Shown: positions 1 to 10,203 of the stretch, in pieces
Layout: each line of letters opens with the position of its first letter
Numbering within the stretch: the stretch's first letter is position 1
Origin: Promethearchaeota archaeon
GTDB lineage: Archaea; Asgardarchaeota; Lokiarchaeia; Sigyniarchaeales; SOKP01
NCBI GenBank assembly: GCA_019058245.1
Contig: JAHPZJ010000013.1
Coordinates: forward strand, 201,166 to 265,165
Reading direction: 5' to 3'
Length of the DNA stretch: 64,000 nt
Notes under the pieces: generated by a model
What the model was told of the DNA's origin: nothing
Databases searched by the model: none
What the model saw: the letters and a program-made list of their open reading frames with translations, nothing else
Made by a program: the position numbers and the translations under genes

Positions 1-963
1 TCAATGACAAAAATTAATCAACATTTAGAAAAAAATTCAACATATCATGGATCCCCTGCTGTAAAAATGGAGAACATACAGTTATTTGGAAAGAAAGATC
101 AATATGAACAAACTATTTTTGATAAGAAAAGAAATGAGAATTATAATATGGAGAATTTAAAAGCTCATGTGAAAGAGTTTTCTGTTCCGTTTCACTTCTA
201 TATAATTGCAGGTTGGGTCATAATTGGTTTTTCTTTTATTTTGCCAGGATTTTTCTTTTTTCTCTTTCTTTTTGGGTTCTTAATACCAAATTTATTCTCA
301 ACAACATTATACTTAAGATTGCTCTTGAACCCAATAATTATTGCTATTCTATTTCTTTCTCCTATAATTATTATTGGTCTTTATTTAATTCATCTATTTT
401 TTATAGCTTTATTTACTAAGTGGTTCTATACAATTGCAGATAAAAGAGGGCCTTCTCAAGGTGTTTTTGATCGAAACCTTGATGAGTCCTCTAAGGTATT
501 AAATTATTATCATTTTAGATCATTTTTATTTAAATATCCTATCTTTGCATTTGTTCGTTCACCTTTTCCTTGGCTTATTAATTGGGAATTACGATTCTTA
601 GGATCTAATAAAATTGGAAAAGGGACAGTATTTGAAGAAACTTTTTTCCATAGCCATATTGATATTGGTAAAAATTGTTATATTGGTACATTTTCACATA
701 TTTCTAATCATTTAGTTGATGGTGTCTATGGGGAAGAAAATCTGACTTTTTTTGGAGTTGATTTAGGAGATAATTGTATTTTCAGTTTATCAAATGGAGG
801 TATGCCTGGATTAAAAATGGAAAATAATTCCACTGTATTGCCTATGTGTGCTACTATAAAGTATGATAAGTTAGTAAATAATTCAATTTTTAGTCGATTT
901 CCAGCAAGAAAATTGAAACAAGATGATATATCTAAACTTACCGGTGGAATGTATTATGAATAA
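1..963 (+). CDS. Membrane protein with left-handed beta-helix (hexapeptide) acyltransferase-like modules; probably 5'-truncated by the window edge
   Basis: Frame is open from position 1 and starts with the tail of an LbH domain (NSTYHGSPA). Two hydrophobic helices follow, then LRFLGSNKIGKG..IDIGKNCYIG..LGDNC hexapeptide repeats. Confidence 0.7.
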   Translation, partial: SMTKINQHLEKNSTYHGSPAVKMENIQLFGKKDQYEQTIFDKKRNENYNMENLKAHVKEFSVPFHFYIIAGWVIIGFSFILPGFFFFLFLFGFLIPNLFSTTLYLRLLLNPIIIAILFLSPIIIIGLYLIHLFFIALFTKWFYTIADKRGPSQGVFDRNLDESSKVLNYYHFRSFLFKYPIFAFVRSPFPWLINWELRFLGSNKIGKGTVFEETFFHSHIDIGKNCYIGTFSHISNHLVDGVYGEENLTFFGVDLGDNCIFSLSNGGMPGLKMENNSTVLPMCATIKYDKLVNNSIFSRFPARKLKQDDISKLTGGMYYE

Positions 964-1840
964 TAATCAATCAAAAGTTTCTGCTGAAAAAAGTAAAATA
1001 ATCAATTTAGCAAAAATTCCTATTACTACAAATGGATTTAATTGGTCTTTTACTTCAAATATACTATATTTATGCTTACATATTCTTTCTCTCACTTTAC
1101 CTACAGTAATGGTAATAACTTTCTTCAATGACGCTATGGATTCTAATTTTTTTCATTGGAGAATTTTATTGATTTTTATTGATGTTTTGGCATGGTGGGG
1201 CTCCTATTTACTTATTAGTCTTCTTCTTGGCAAATTAATTCTAATTCTACTAAAATTAATTCATAAACCAAGGGAAGGCATCTTTAAAATTGATCCAAAA
1301 AATAGAGACTATTCTTTTTATTGTTTAAGAATTACTGTTAAAAAATATATCTTTTGGATTTGGAATAATTTCTGTTTTCCCTGGGTAAGTAATTATGCCT
1401 TTAAAATGTGTGATGTTAAAGCAGATTTTAAGAGTACTATGTTTGATGGTTGGAGTGATGTAGAATTTATTGAATATGGGAAAAATATTATGGTAGGACA
1501 AGGAGCTAAAGTTCTTTCTAGTATTATAATTAGAATAGATAATGAGGATTATCTTTTAATTAAAAAAGTTATCATTGGTGACCATGTTGTATTAGGTGCA
1601 AATTCAATTGTTTCACCTGGTACTTTAATAGGACAAGGAGCAACGTTAGGTGTATGGACAGTTACACAAATTAATCAAATATTAGATCCTAAATGGATAT
1701 ATATAGGATATCCTGCCCATAAATATCAACCAGCTCAAAAAGCTATTGAAGAAAGTAAGAAGGAACCAATGAGAAGAATTGTTGGAATGGGTAAAAGAAT
1801 TCCATTTGATATAGATCAATTTTCAAATCATAAGAAATAA
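956..1840 (+). CDS. Membrane protein with hexapeptide-repeat (LbH) acyltransferase-like domain
   Basis: Two TM helices, then IEYGKNIMVGQGAKV..IIGDHVVLGANSIVSPGTLIGQGATLG..YIGYPA. ATG at 956 overlaps the upstream stop and is more likely than 923. Confidence 0.75.
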   Translation: MNNNQSKVSAEKSKIINLAKIPITTNGFNWSFTSNILYLCLHILSLTLPTVMVITFFNDAMDSNFFHWRILLIFIDVLAWWGSYLLISLLLGKLILILLKLIHKPREGIFKIDPKNRDYSFYCLRITVKKYIFWIWNNFCFPWVSNYAFKMCDVKADFKSTMFDGWSDVEFIEYGKNIMVGQGAKVLSSIIIRIDNEDYLLIKKVIIGDHVVLGANSIVSPGTLIGQGATLGVWTVTQINQILDPKWIYIGYPAHKYQPAQKAIEESKKEPMRRIVGMGKRIPFDIDQFSNHKK

Positions 1841-2065
1841 AGTAATATAATGAAATTTTTTACTAATAAAAAAGATAAAGTTTTTCTAAAGCAGTTATAG
1901 CGTCTATCTCCTAATAATTCACATAAAAAATATACTTATCGTTGAACAAAAGTTATATTTAAAATGAAAATTCTTACATTTAAAAAATTAATAGAAAAGA
2001 GATAAATATTTTGTTTTAAAATAATATAATAACAACAGAATTAAAATTTAAGAAAATGATTTAAA

Positions 2066-2812
2066 ATGTATAAAATAGTGCTTTTAAGACATGGTGAAAG
2101 TACTTGGAATAAGGAGAATAGATTCACAGGTTGGACAGACGTAGATCTCTCAGAAAAAGGAATCCAAGAAGCGAAAGAAGCAGCTAAATTATTAAAAGAA
2201 GGAGGATATACCTTTGATATTGCCTATACCTCAGTATTAAGAAGAGGAATTAAAACTCTTTGGATTGTTTTAGAGGAGATGGATTTAATGTGGATTCCCG
2301 TTTATCGTTCTTGGCGTTTAAATGAAAGACATTATGGTGCTCTACAAGGATATTTCAAATCAGAGATGGCAAAAGAAGTTGGAGAAGAACAAGTACTTAT
2401 TTGGAGAAGAAGTTATGACATACCACCTCCTGCACTTAAAACAAGTGATCCGAGATATCCTGGAAATGAAAGGAAATATGCAGAACTAACCTCTGATGAA
2501 CTTCCTTTAACTGAATGTTTGAAAGATACAGTAGCTAGAGTTTTGCCCTATTGGCATAATACCATTACCCCGACTATAAAGTCAGGTAAAAAAGTCCTGA
2601 TTTCAGCTCATGGAAATAGTTTGAGAGCACTTGTAAAATATCTTGATAATATGCCTGATGAAGAAGTTGTTAAGTTAAATATTCCTACTGGAGTACCTCT
2701 AATATATGAATTAGATGAAGATATTAAGCCAATTACTCATTATTATCTTGGTGATGCTGAACAAATAGCGCAAGCAATTGAAGCAGTTGCAGCACAAGGA
2801 AAAGCTAAATAA
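2066..2812 (+). CDS. gpmA: 2,3-bisphosphoglycerate-dependent phosphoglycerate mutase
   Basis: [48 protein letters not shown] motifs. Confidence 0.97.
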   Translation: MYKIVLLRHGESTWNKENRFTGWTDVDLSEKGIQEAKEAAKLLKEGGYTFDIAYTSVLRRGIKTLWIVLEEMDLMWIPVYRSWRLNERHYGALQGYFKSEMAKEVGEEQVLIWRRSYDIPPPALKTSDPRYPGNERKYAELTSDELPLTECLKDTVARVLPYWHNTITPTIKSGKKVLISAHGNSLRALVKYLDNMPDEEVVKLNIPTGVPLIYELDEDIKPITHYYLGDAEQIAQAIEAVAAQGKAK

Positions 2813-2837
2813 CCAGACTTAGAATTATTTAATTTCA

Positions 2838-3398
2838 TTGATCATGAATTCTATTAGAAAAAGTATTTCCAAGATTTATATTGTAATAATATTAATTGTC
2901 ATTATATTAAGTTTTCAAAACTCTATAAAAACAGTAAAAGCACAGGCAGTAACAAATATCTCTGTTTATGAAGCATTTGATATGATAAATAATAGCGTTT
3001 TATATCCAAATTTAATAATTTTAGATGTAAGAGAACAATCAGAATATGATATTAATCATATTTGTAATGCAACATTGATTCCAGTTTCAGAACTTGAATC
3101 AAGAATAGACGAATTAGAATTATACAACAATACAGAGATAATAGTATATTGTGGTACTGGTGTCAGAAGTACAACAGCAAGTCAAATACTCATTGATAAT
3201 GGTTTTACAAAAATATATAATATGGAGGGAGGTATTACTGAATGGATTTCTTCCGGATATGAAGTATGTGCGATGGAAAACGGTCAAACAGATTTCCCTT
3301 CTATAAATGGTTTTTCACTTAGTTTCATAATTATTGGACTATTAGGGTTTAGTGTAATCTTTATAATATTTCGAAAAAAAGAGCTTTATAAAAAGTAA
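2838..3398 (+). CDS. Secreted rhodanese-domain protein with C-terminal membrane anchor (Loki-CTERM/PGF-CTERM-like)
   Basis: N-terminal signal peptide; ILDVRE, YCGTGVRS active-site loop, MEGGITEW; C-terminal SINGF + hydrophobic helix + RKK. Confidence 0.85.
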   Translation: MIMNSIRKSISKIYIVIILIVIILSFQNSIKTVKAQAVTNISVYEAFDMINNSVLYPNLIILDVREQSEYDINHICNATLIPVSELESRIDELELYNNTEIIVYCGTGVRSTTASQILIDNGFTKIYNMEGGITEWISSGYEVCAMENGQTDFPSINGFSLSFIIIGLLGFSVIFIIFRKKELYKK

Positions 3399-3422
3399 AA
3401 TCTACTATTCTTATTAAAAAAA

Positions 3423-4226
3423 TTGAGGTTTTCTAAAATGGTAAAAAAATTATTTATTGATAATCCCATAGTTTCTAATCAAGTCTTTTTCCCTCGTAAA
3501 ATTCCGGAACCAACTGATATTGATTCAAATATTAGGATATTGAAGTTTGAAATTAGTAAAAAAATTGTTATTGGTGGGTTTTTTTATCTAAATAAACCAG
3601 ACCTTCCAAATATGTTATTATTCCATGGAAATGGAGAAATTGCTGCGGATTATCAATATTTTTTAGATTTTTTTTTTGAATGTGGTGTAAATTTAGGAGT
3701 TGTTGATTTCCGAGGATATGGTTTCAGTACCGGAGAACCAATTTATAGTAGTTTAGTTTCGGATGCATTTCCGATTTATAATAAATTTTACGAATGGATT
3801 ATATCAAATAATCTAAGTAACTCACTATTTCTCTTAGGACGTTCTCTTGGTAGCGCTTGTGTAGCAGAAATAGGTTCCCATAATCCAAACAACTTGCGAG
3901 GAATTATCTTTGAAAGTGGTTTTGCGAGTATGTATAATATGATGACAAGACTATTCAGAGTAAGTGGACCTGATATTACACCTGATGGACTGAGTGAATA
4001 TTCCAATGATACAAGACTTAGACAATTTCAAAAACCAGTATTGATTATTCATGGCACTCAAGACTGGATTATTCCTTGCGATGAAGCGAAATTAATATAT
4101 GAAAATGTCCCTAACCACGTTGAGAAGAATTTAGTATTAATCGAAGGTGCAGGTCATAATAATATTTTTTCATTTAGAGAGGAATATATCACTCCATTAA
4201 AAAATTTCATAAAAAAAAATAAATAA
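3423..4226 (+). CDS. Alpha/beta hydrolase (ABHD13/BEM46-like)
   Basis: FHGNGE, DFRGYG, GRSLG nucleophile elbow, IHGTQD, GAGHN. Likely start is ATG at 3438. Confidence 0.9.
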   Translation: MRFSKMVKKLFIDNPIVSNQVFFPRKIPEPTDIDSNIRILKFEISKKIVIGGFFYLNKPDLPNMLLFHGNGEIAADYQYFLDFFFECGVNLGVVDFRGYGFSTGEPIYSSLVSDAFPIYNKFYEWIISNNLSNSLFLLGRSLGSACVAEIGSHNPNNLRGIIFESGFASMYNMMTRLFRVSGPDITPDGLSEYSNDTRLRQFQKPVLIIHGTQDWIIPCDEAKLIYENVPNHVEKNLVLIEGAGHNNIFSFREEYITPLKNFIKKNK

Positions 4227-4331
4227 CAGTTTTAATTAGATTTTAGTTAAAAACTGGACTAATGAACCTTTTTTTACTATCCTATTTTCCATTTAATTAT
4301 AAGAAGTAATAAATATAGCAGTGAGAAATAA

Positions 4332-4646
4332 TTGACTAATAAAACAATAAATTTCTGTCCATATTGTGGAAAGAGAATTCGTTTCTATATTAAAGATAAA
4401 TTAAATTATTGTTGTTTTTGTGGTAAAAAGCTAAAAGTAGAAAAACATAAAATAATATCGCAAGTCCAATGTACAATTTGTCATATAAAGATTGATCCAG
4501 ATAAAGATAAAACAATTAAATGTTCATTTTGTGGAAGTACTTACCATTATAGATGTGTATATTCTTGGCTTCAAAATTATAATGCATGTCCTATGTGTCA
4601 AAACGTGTTTTTATTTCCAAATAAATCCATTTCAATCGTTAAATAA
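4332..4646 (+). CDS. Zinc-ribbon + RING-variant finger protein (putative E3 ubiquitin ligase)
   Basis: CPYCG..CCFCG ribbon, then CTIC-x13-CSFC-x4-HYRC-x3-W-x6-CPMC. Confidence 0.8.
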   Translation: MTNKTINFCPYCGKRIRFYIKDKLNYCCFCGKKLKVEKHKIISQVQCTICHIKIDPDKDKTIKCSFCGSTYHYRCVYSWLQNYNACPMCQNVFLFPNKSISIVK

Positions 4647-4709
4647 ACAAGAATTGTTTTCAACTTGAATTTAATATTTTCTAATGGTTTGAAATTAATA
4701 AAAATGAAT

Positions 4710-4928
4710 TTAATTTATTAGAAATTCATTCACTAAAATTTGCTGAAATTCAGTATCTTTTTCTTGAAAAAGTATATTTTCTTTTCCAGTATATATATCT
4801 GGAGAATGACTTTTTTTAAACAATATCGAGAACGGGATAATTATATAGGCGATATTTGATGTTTCTTCTTGAACATTAATTTCATCGAAAAATTCATAAT
4901 AATTTTTATTTTCTACCTCTAATCCCAT
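4710..4928 (-). CDS. Microprotein, copy 1 of a four-member paralog family
   Basis: Gapless motif NIx4IPFSx9DIYxGxExIxFxEx4Fx2ILx2EFL shared with 5492..5743 and 9974..10189. Confidence 0.8.
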   Translation of the reverse strand: MGLEVENKNYYEFFDEINVQEETSNIAYIIIPFSILFKKSHSPDIYTGKENILFQEKDTEFQQILVNEFLIN

Positions 4929-5024
4929 TTCTTATCTCACATTGATTACTATTTAATATTCAATAAAATTTCATCTACTTAAATTAATAGACCCGACAAA
5001 ATTAGTGATTACTTTTTATTTTCA

Positions 5025-5339
5025 TCAATATTTTGAAAGGAATTCTTCTTTCAAAATCTGTTTATATTTTAAATTATCGCTTTTTAGAGAATCATCTTCT
5101 GAGTTTGAAAAAATATCGATTGGATATTTCTCGTTATACATATTTAAAACTAATATTATCAAATTTGAAATGTTTTTGAAGGATACCTTTGAATTATTAT
5201 CTGAGAATAACTTTTCTACCAGCTTAGATAATAAAATAAATTTCTTTCTTTGAAGTAATTTTTTATTAGATAGAGTTTCTGGCTTGAAAACATTCTCTAA
5301 ATATTTTATGACTCTTTTTTCAATTGTAAGTGAATTCAC
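5025..5339 (-). CDS. Small protein, divergent copy 2 of the microprotein family
   Basis: C-terminal NISNLII..DIFSNSE..YKQILKEEFL aligns without gaps to the family motif. Confidence 0.7.
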   Translation of the reverse strand: MNSLTIEKRVIKYLENVFKPETLSNKKLLQRKKFILLSKLVEKLFSDNNSKVSFKNISNLIILVLNMYNEKYPIDIFSNSEDDSLKSDNLKYKQILKEEFLSKY

Positions 5340-5491
5340 AATCCATCAAGATCTAATCTCCTTTATGGATTATTTAATCTTAAATATAAAAACGGAATGT
5401 TTTTTTTTGATATATTAGTTATTATTTCAAGTAAAACCTCTTGTTCTTTAAATGAACCATTGAACGTATAAAAATTGAATATTTCCTTCAA

Positions 5492-5743
5492 TTAGGTTAA
5501 AAATTCTTGGATATAAATTTTCTTATAATCTTGATGCCTCTCTTCAAAACAAATTTTCTCATATCCAACATAAATATCGTGTGGCTTTTTTAAATCCTTA
5601 ATTGCAGAAAAAGGAATTAAGAAGAGTGATATATTGAGAAATGGGTGGTTTTCCGACAAATTGAATAATTCTTGCCATATTTTATTATAATCGTCTACAA
5701 CCATATATGCTATCCAAATTTGAAAGTTTTCCCATTGATTCAT
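5492..5743 (-). CDS. Microprotein, copy 3 of the family
   Basis: NISLFLIPFS..DIYVGYEKICFEERHQDYKKIYIQEFL. Confidence 0.8.
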   Translation of the reverse strand: MNQWENFQIWIAYMVVDDYNKIWQELFNLSENHPFLNISLFLIPFSAIKDLKKPHDIYVGYEKICFEERHQDYKKIYIQEFLT

Positions 5744-5912
5744 ATTTCTTACTTATCATATAAATTTTAAATATCTCTCCAAAAGTAAACGATAGGTTTA
5801 TATAAAAAAAACTTGAAATTCGATTTATTTTATGAAGAAAAGGAAATCATAAAGGAATTAATTTAAATTTATATTAAAAAAAAAAAAGAAATTATAATTA
5901 TTATTTTATCGA

Positions 5913-7325
5913 TTATTCACTCTTTATAAAGGATATAATCAATATTCCGATTCCCATTATAATACCAACAGATATCATTGCCCAACCAAATGCAGCTTTA
6001 CCTATAATATCATATGATAGCATAACAGTTCCCCAAACAAATGGACCCAATGCTGAAGAAAATTTCCCACTTAGTTTAGAAAAGCCAAAAAATTCTCCAA
6101 ATTTTTCTTTGGGAGCAAGTTCTATTACCATTATTCGTTGTGCTACCCAAGTTCCTCCTAGAGCGGGGCCTGCTACAATACCCATAATGAGACTTAGAAT
6201 AAAGGGAAGATTCGCACCAACATCAATTGATTGCGTTGTAAATATTAAAATAATACCAATTGTTAATGAAATCCCCCAAAAAGCGCCAACAAGGTAAAAA
6301 GTCTTTTTTGCACCATATTTATCACCAAACTTTCCAACAAAGTATGTGAAAGCAACTGCAGAAATAGTAGCAATAATAATAAAAAGTATGGCAAATAGTG
6401 TTCCACCAGCAATACGTAATCCATCAGTTACTATTGGTGTCATATAGAGAACAATAACGTTAGCAATATCAGCAACAAAAAAGTATCCAATGATAAATAT
6501 AAACATTGATTTATGTTTTCGAATATCTTTAAAAGTATTACCTAATTGTCTGAAAGTATTTTTTATTAATTTATTTATAGGTGGTCTTCGAAATTTTTTC
6601 TGCTTTTCTCGGACATAAAGGAATGGAATTGTGCATATTAAAAATAGAATCATGGGTATAACAAATGTAAACCAGTATCCAGAAAATCCATATTGTATTG
6701 GTTTATCTTCAGCTAGTACTGGTGGAGTTGATACAGTATCACCTAATAATATTATTAAGGGATACATTATAACGAGAGCAAGAATGGTACCTAAGTAGCC
6801 CCATGCAACCCCAAATCCAGCAACCTTACCAATATCCTCTCTTTTAGCTATAAATGGAAGCATTGCATCATAAAAAGTTAAACTAAATTGATAAGCAACA
6901 TTTGCAATAACATAGAATGCTAGAACCATTGTAAGATCATGGAAGAAGCCAAGTAAACTGGCAAAAAGAAGAATAAAACCGGTTAAACTCACAACAAAAG
7001 GCTTCCTTTTTCCTAAATTATCACTAAAGGCCCCTAATATGGGAACACAAACAGCAACTCCAAGTTGCATTAAAAAACTTACTGTACCAAATAAAAAACT
7101 AGCTGTACCATAGGATATTCCATTTTCTAATTGTCCAATAACTAAAACATAACGATTTATAATTAAACTTACGATTACCATTGAATAAATTGTGTTTGCG
7201 AGATCATACATGGCCCAAAAGAATACATTACGTTTAGAAGTAGTTGTTTCATACTCAACTTCTTCACCATCAAGAATTTCAGAAGGTGAATTTGTATTAT
7301 TTTCTTTTTTTGACATTTTAATCAT
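5913..7325 (-). CDS. MFS transporter (UMF1/Atg22-like)
   Basis: WAMYDLANTIYS, GAFSDNLGKRK, FYDAMLP; about 12 TM helices. Confidence 0.9.
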   Translation of the reverse strand: MIKMSKKENNTNSPSEILDGEEVEYETTTSKRNVFFWAMYDLANTIYSMVIVSLIINRYVLVIGQLENGISYGTASFLFGTVSFLMQLGVAVCVPILGAFSDNLGKRKPFVVSLTGFILLFASLLGFFHDLTMVLAFYVIANVAYQFSLTFYDAMLPFIAKREDIGKVAGFGVAWGYLGTILALVIMYPLIILLGDTVSTPPVLAEDKPIQYGFSGYWFTFVIPMILFLICTIPFLYVREKQKKFRRPPINKLIKNTFRQLGNTFKDIRKHKSMFIFIIGYFFVADIANVIVLYMTPIVTDGLRIAGGTLFAILFIIIATISAVAFTYFVGKFGDKYGAKKTFYLVGAFWGISLTIGIILIFTTQSIDVGANLPFILSLIMGIVAGPALGGTWVAQRIMVIELAPKEKFGEFFGFSKLSGKFSSALGPFVWGTVMLSYDIIGKAAFGWAMISVGIIMGIGILIISFIKSE

Positions 7326-7479
7326 ATAAAATTAGATTTAGGTTATGAATTAATGATATAATACCTTGGATTAAAAATTTTATCTATATTGAGAATGAAC
7401 TTTATACTGTATGCATAAATAATCTTGAGTATAAAGAAATTCTGAATTAATTTTCCTTAATTTAAGAAAAAGATGGATG

Positions 7480-9039
7480 TTACTTTTTTTCTTTAGTTAT
7501 TTTCCTTTTAATGCCTATTTTTTTTGGTTTTTTTTTTACTTCCTTGATGATTGTATCCTCTCTTGTCAATTGACTTTTCAATTCTTCAGCGATACTATCA
7601 AGTTTATTAGCAGTGGTACTTACTTCTTCCATTGCAACAGTTTGTTCTTCTGAGGCAGCACTAATTTCCTCCATTGAATGTGTGGTATTTCTAATTTTAT
7701 CAATAATTTCATTAATAATAGATGTAGTATTTTTAATTGATTGTTTTATCCCCTCTGCAAGTTGTCTCACTTCATCTGCTACTACTGCGAATCCTTTTCC
7801 ATATTCTCCAGCTCTTCCAGATTCTATTCTTGCGTTTAATGATAATAAATATGTTTGTTCTGAAATATCAATGATCATTTCTGAGATTTTTTTGATTTCA
7901 TCTGATGAATCTGAAATTTCCATAATCTCTCTTGTTACTTTTTCAGTTGAAGCTGAAACTTCTTCTGCCGATGCATTAACTTCATTTGCACTCCCCGCCA
8001 ATTCACTAGCCATATTTGCCACATCAATAACAGCTCTAGCTCCTAATTTTAAAATATTTTCCATTGATTTATTTGTTTTAACAATTTCTTTTGTAGTTGG
8101 GATAGCGATTGCTATACTAATTCCAATTGCCAATACGATTGAAATAATGACTATGATATATGAAATAATTATTGTTATTTTTGAGTTTTCAATACTATTA
8201 TTAACTTCAGTTTCAATATCGTAATATATGTGACCAATGAGAATAGTTATTGGAGTATCTAAATTTTTAAGCGATTCCTTTCTTGATATAAGAGAATCAA
8301 CTATATTGAATAATTGATTTAGAACAAATGGTTCATAAGAATTATTATACCAGCTTTTAATCGCATTTGCAAGTGTCTTATTTTGACCAATAGGACTATC
8401 TATTATTATTTGTAGATTATCTTGAAATTCTGTCCCAAGATCGATAAACTCTAATTCAATTTCATCTCTTGTTAGTTTATTTGATTCATTACTATAATCA
8501 TTAATTAAAACTAATTGAGATTTTAGAAAATATTTTAATTCTGTAGCACTGTTTTTTAAAGTTAAATCAGTTTGTTGTGTTGTTAGATCAATTATATCTG
8601 ATTCATAACTCTGTGTAGCACTTTTGATTTGAGATAAATAAATAGAGAATTTATCTATTAAATTAAAAAGCCCATTGGTTTCATTAGTTGCAATTACATT
8701 AATTTGATTAATATAATTGCTAAGGGAGGATAAGTAATAAATCAAGGGGGGGTTTAATTCCTCTAAAATAATTGCAGATTCTAAAATATTTTCATATGAA
8801 TTATTGTAATTTGCTCTCATAATCATATCTCCACTCTCATAAGTATAGATAGTTCGCATAATTTTCTCGGTATGATATTTAATATTATTAGCATAAATAT
8901 TTGACTGTAATTTATTAGTTGTTAAATCGTCAATGGTGGAATTTAAAGTATAAATTTGAATCAAACTCGCAATTCCAAGGATTGTACATAATCCAATTAA
9001 AATAATATAACCATTTCTCATCCTTTTTTTAATATTCAT
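7480..9039 (-). CDS. Methyl-accepting chemotaxis-type receptor
   Basis: Two TM helices flanking an extracellular helical region; signalling tip [35 protein letters not shown]. Confidence 0.9.
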   Translation of the reverse strand: MNIKKRMRNGYIILIGLCTILGIASLIQIYTLNSTIDDLTTNKLQSNIYANNIKYHTEKIMRTIYTYESGDMIMRANYNNSYENILESAIILEELNPPLIYYLSSLSNYINQINVIATNETNGLFNLIDKFSIYLSQIKSATQSYESDIIDLTTQQTDLTLKNSATELKYFLKSQLVLINDYSNESNKLTRDEIELEFIDLGTEFQDNLQIIIDSPIGQNKTLANAIKSWYNNSYEPFVLNQLFNIVDSLISRKESLKNLDTPITILIGHIYYDIETEVNNSIENSKITIIISYIIVIISIVLAIGISIAIAIPTTKEIVKTNKSMENILKLGARAVIDVANMASELAGSANEVNASAEEVSASTEKVTREIMEISDSSDEIKKISEMIIDISEQTYLLSLNARIESGRAGEYGKGFAVVADEVRQLAEGIKQSIKNTTSIINEIIDKIRNTTHSMEEISAASEEQTVAMEEVSTTANKLDSIAEELKSQLTREDTIIKEVKKKPKKIGIKRKITKEKK

Positions 9040-9431
9040 AACTTAAGCTCTTGATATTTTTTGGTTAATTCAAAATAACTAAATAATTTTTTTCCTAATT
9101 CCTAATCAACAGAATTCAAATTTAAGAAAAAACTGAATTAATCATATTAGTTTATTAATTTAAACTTTTATCCATAGTTCTATAGTCGTGCTAAGAGTAC
9201 AAAAAAAAAATAGGAGATAGGATTATAAGGTTCAATTATCACTTCTTGAATCTTTTCAAATATTCTTTAATTCTACAAATTCCAAACAATTATAATAAAT
9301 TGTTACTGAGAAATTTTCTGTACTTTAGCAAAATTTGTAAAAAATCATAATTATAAAGAATATAGATAATCCACAAAACTCAAAAGTTTTTTTATATATT
9401 CAAACTAATAACATTATAGGTGTAATTAATC

Positions 9432-9914
9432 TTGCCAACTTCGAGAAGAGAATATTTAAAGCAATCCTGCAAATCAAAATATGAAAAATCCTTTGTAGAA
9501 GCAGTTCCAAATAACTTATTAGAGTTATACGAAGCGAATGTTAATATAGGTCAATATACTGTTGATTTTGCAATTGAGAAATATAAAATTGCTGTTGAAT
9601 GTGATAATATCCAATTAGATTATAAAACACCAGACCAAAAGAAAAGTGATTTAAGAAAAACTAAATTCCTTATCGATAATGGTTGGACAGTTTTTAGGTT
9701 TACCGCTCAAGTACTATTTTCGGCAGCACTTTTATGCCATAAAATGGTTGCTGATGAAATTGTTAAATATGAACCAAAAATAATGGATGTAAGTGAATTT
9801 TTATCTAATGAACAAATAGATTTTATAAACGAGAGGCTTTCTAATGTTGATATCACTACCTCACCTACATTTAAAAATGAAATAAGAACATTTGAAAGAA
9901 GAAGGAGCTCTTAA
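9432..9914 (+). CDS. DUF559/Vsr-like PD-(D/E)xK endonuclease-fold protein
   Basis: YTVDFAI..KIAVECD..DLRKTKFLIDNGWTVFRF. Confidence 0.75.
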   Translation: MPTSRREYLKQSCKSKYEKSFVEAVPNNLLELYEANVNIGQYTVDFAIEKYKIAVECDNIQLDYKTPDQKKSDLRKTKFLIDNGWTVFRFTAQVLFSAALLCHKMVADEIVKYEPKIMDVSEFLSNEQIDFINERLSNVDITTSPTFKNEIRTFERRRSS

Positions 9915-9973
9915 TGATTAGAACCATAAAAAAATAATACATTTTTTTTGAGTTCTAACTTTAGATAAGTTTT

Positions 9974-10189
9974 TTAAAATTCGATAAATTCCTGTTGTAA
10001 AATCATTTTATATTCTGGATCCCTTTCTCTAAATGGAATTCTCTCATTTCCTGAATAGATCTCCATAGATTTATATTTCTTAAATAGCTGTGAGAAAGGT
10101 ATGACGAGTTCAGAAATATTACAACTTTCTGAAACATGAGTAATATTAAGATTTTTATATTGAATTTTTTCTATTTTTCCAGAACTCAT
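9974..10189 (-). CDS. Microprotein, copy 4 of the family
   Basis: NISELVIPFS..EIYSGNERIPFRERDPEYKMILQQEFI; begins 14 nt after the RHH gene stop. Confidence 0.8.
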   Translation of the reverse strand: MSSGKIEKIQYKNLNITHVSESCNISELVIPFSQLFKKYKSMEIYSGNERIPFRERDPEYKMILQQEFIEF

Positions 10190-10203
10190 TTTTTTTCACT
10201 CAC

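Noticed and set aside
5005-5253. 82-aa plus-strand ORF
   Set aside because: Overlaps antisense to 5025..5339, which carries the family motif
7613-8224. 203-aa plus-strand ORF
   Set aside because: Antisense shadow of the MCP coding strand; S/I-rich composition typical of such shadows
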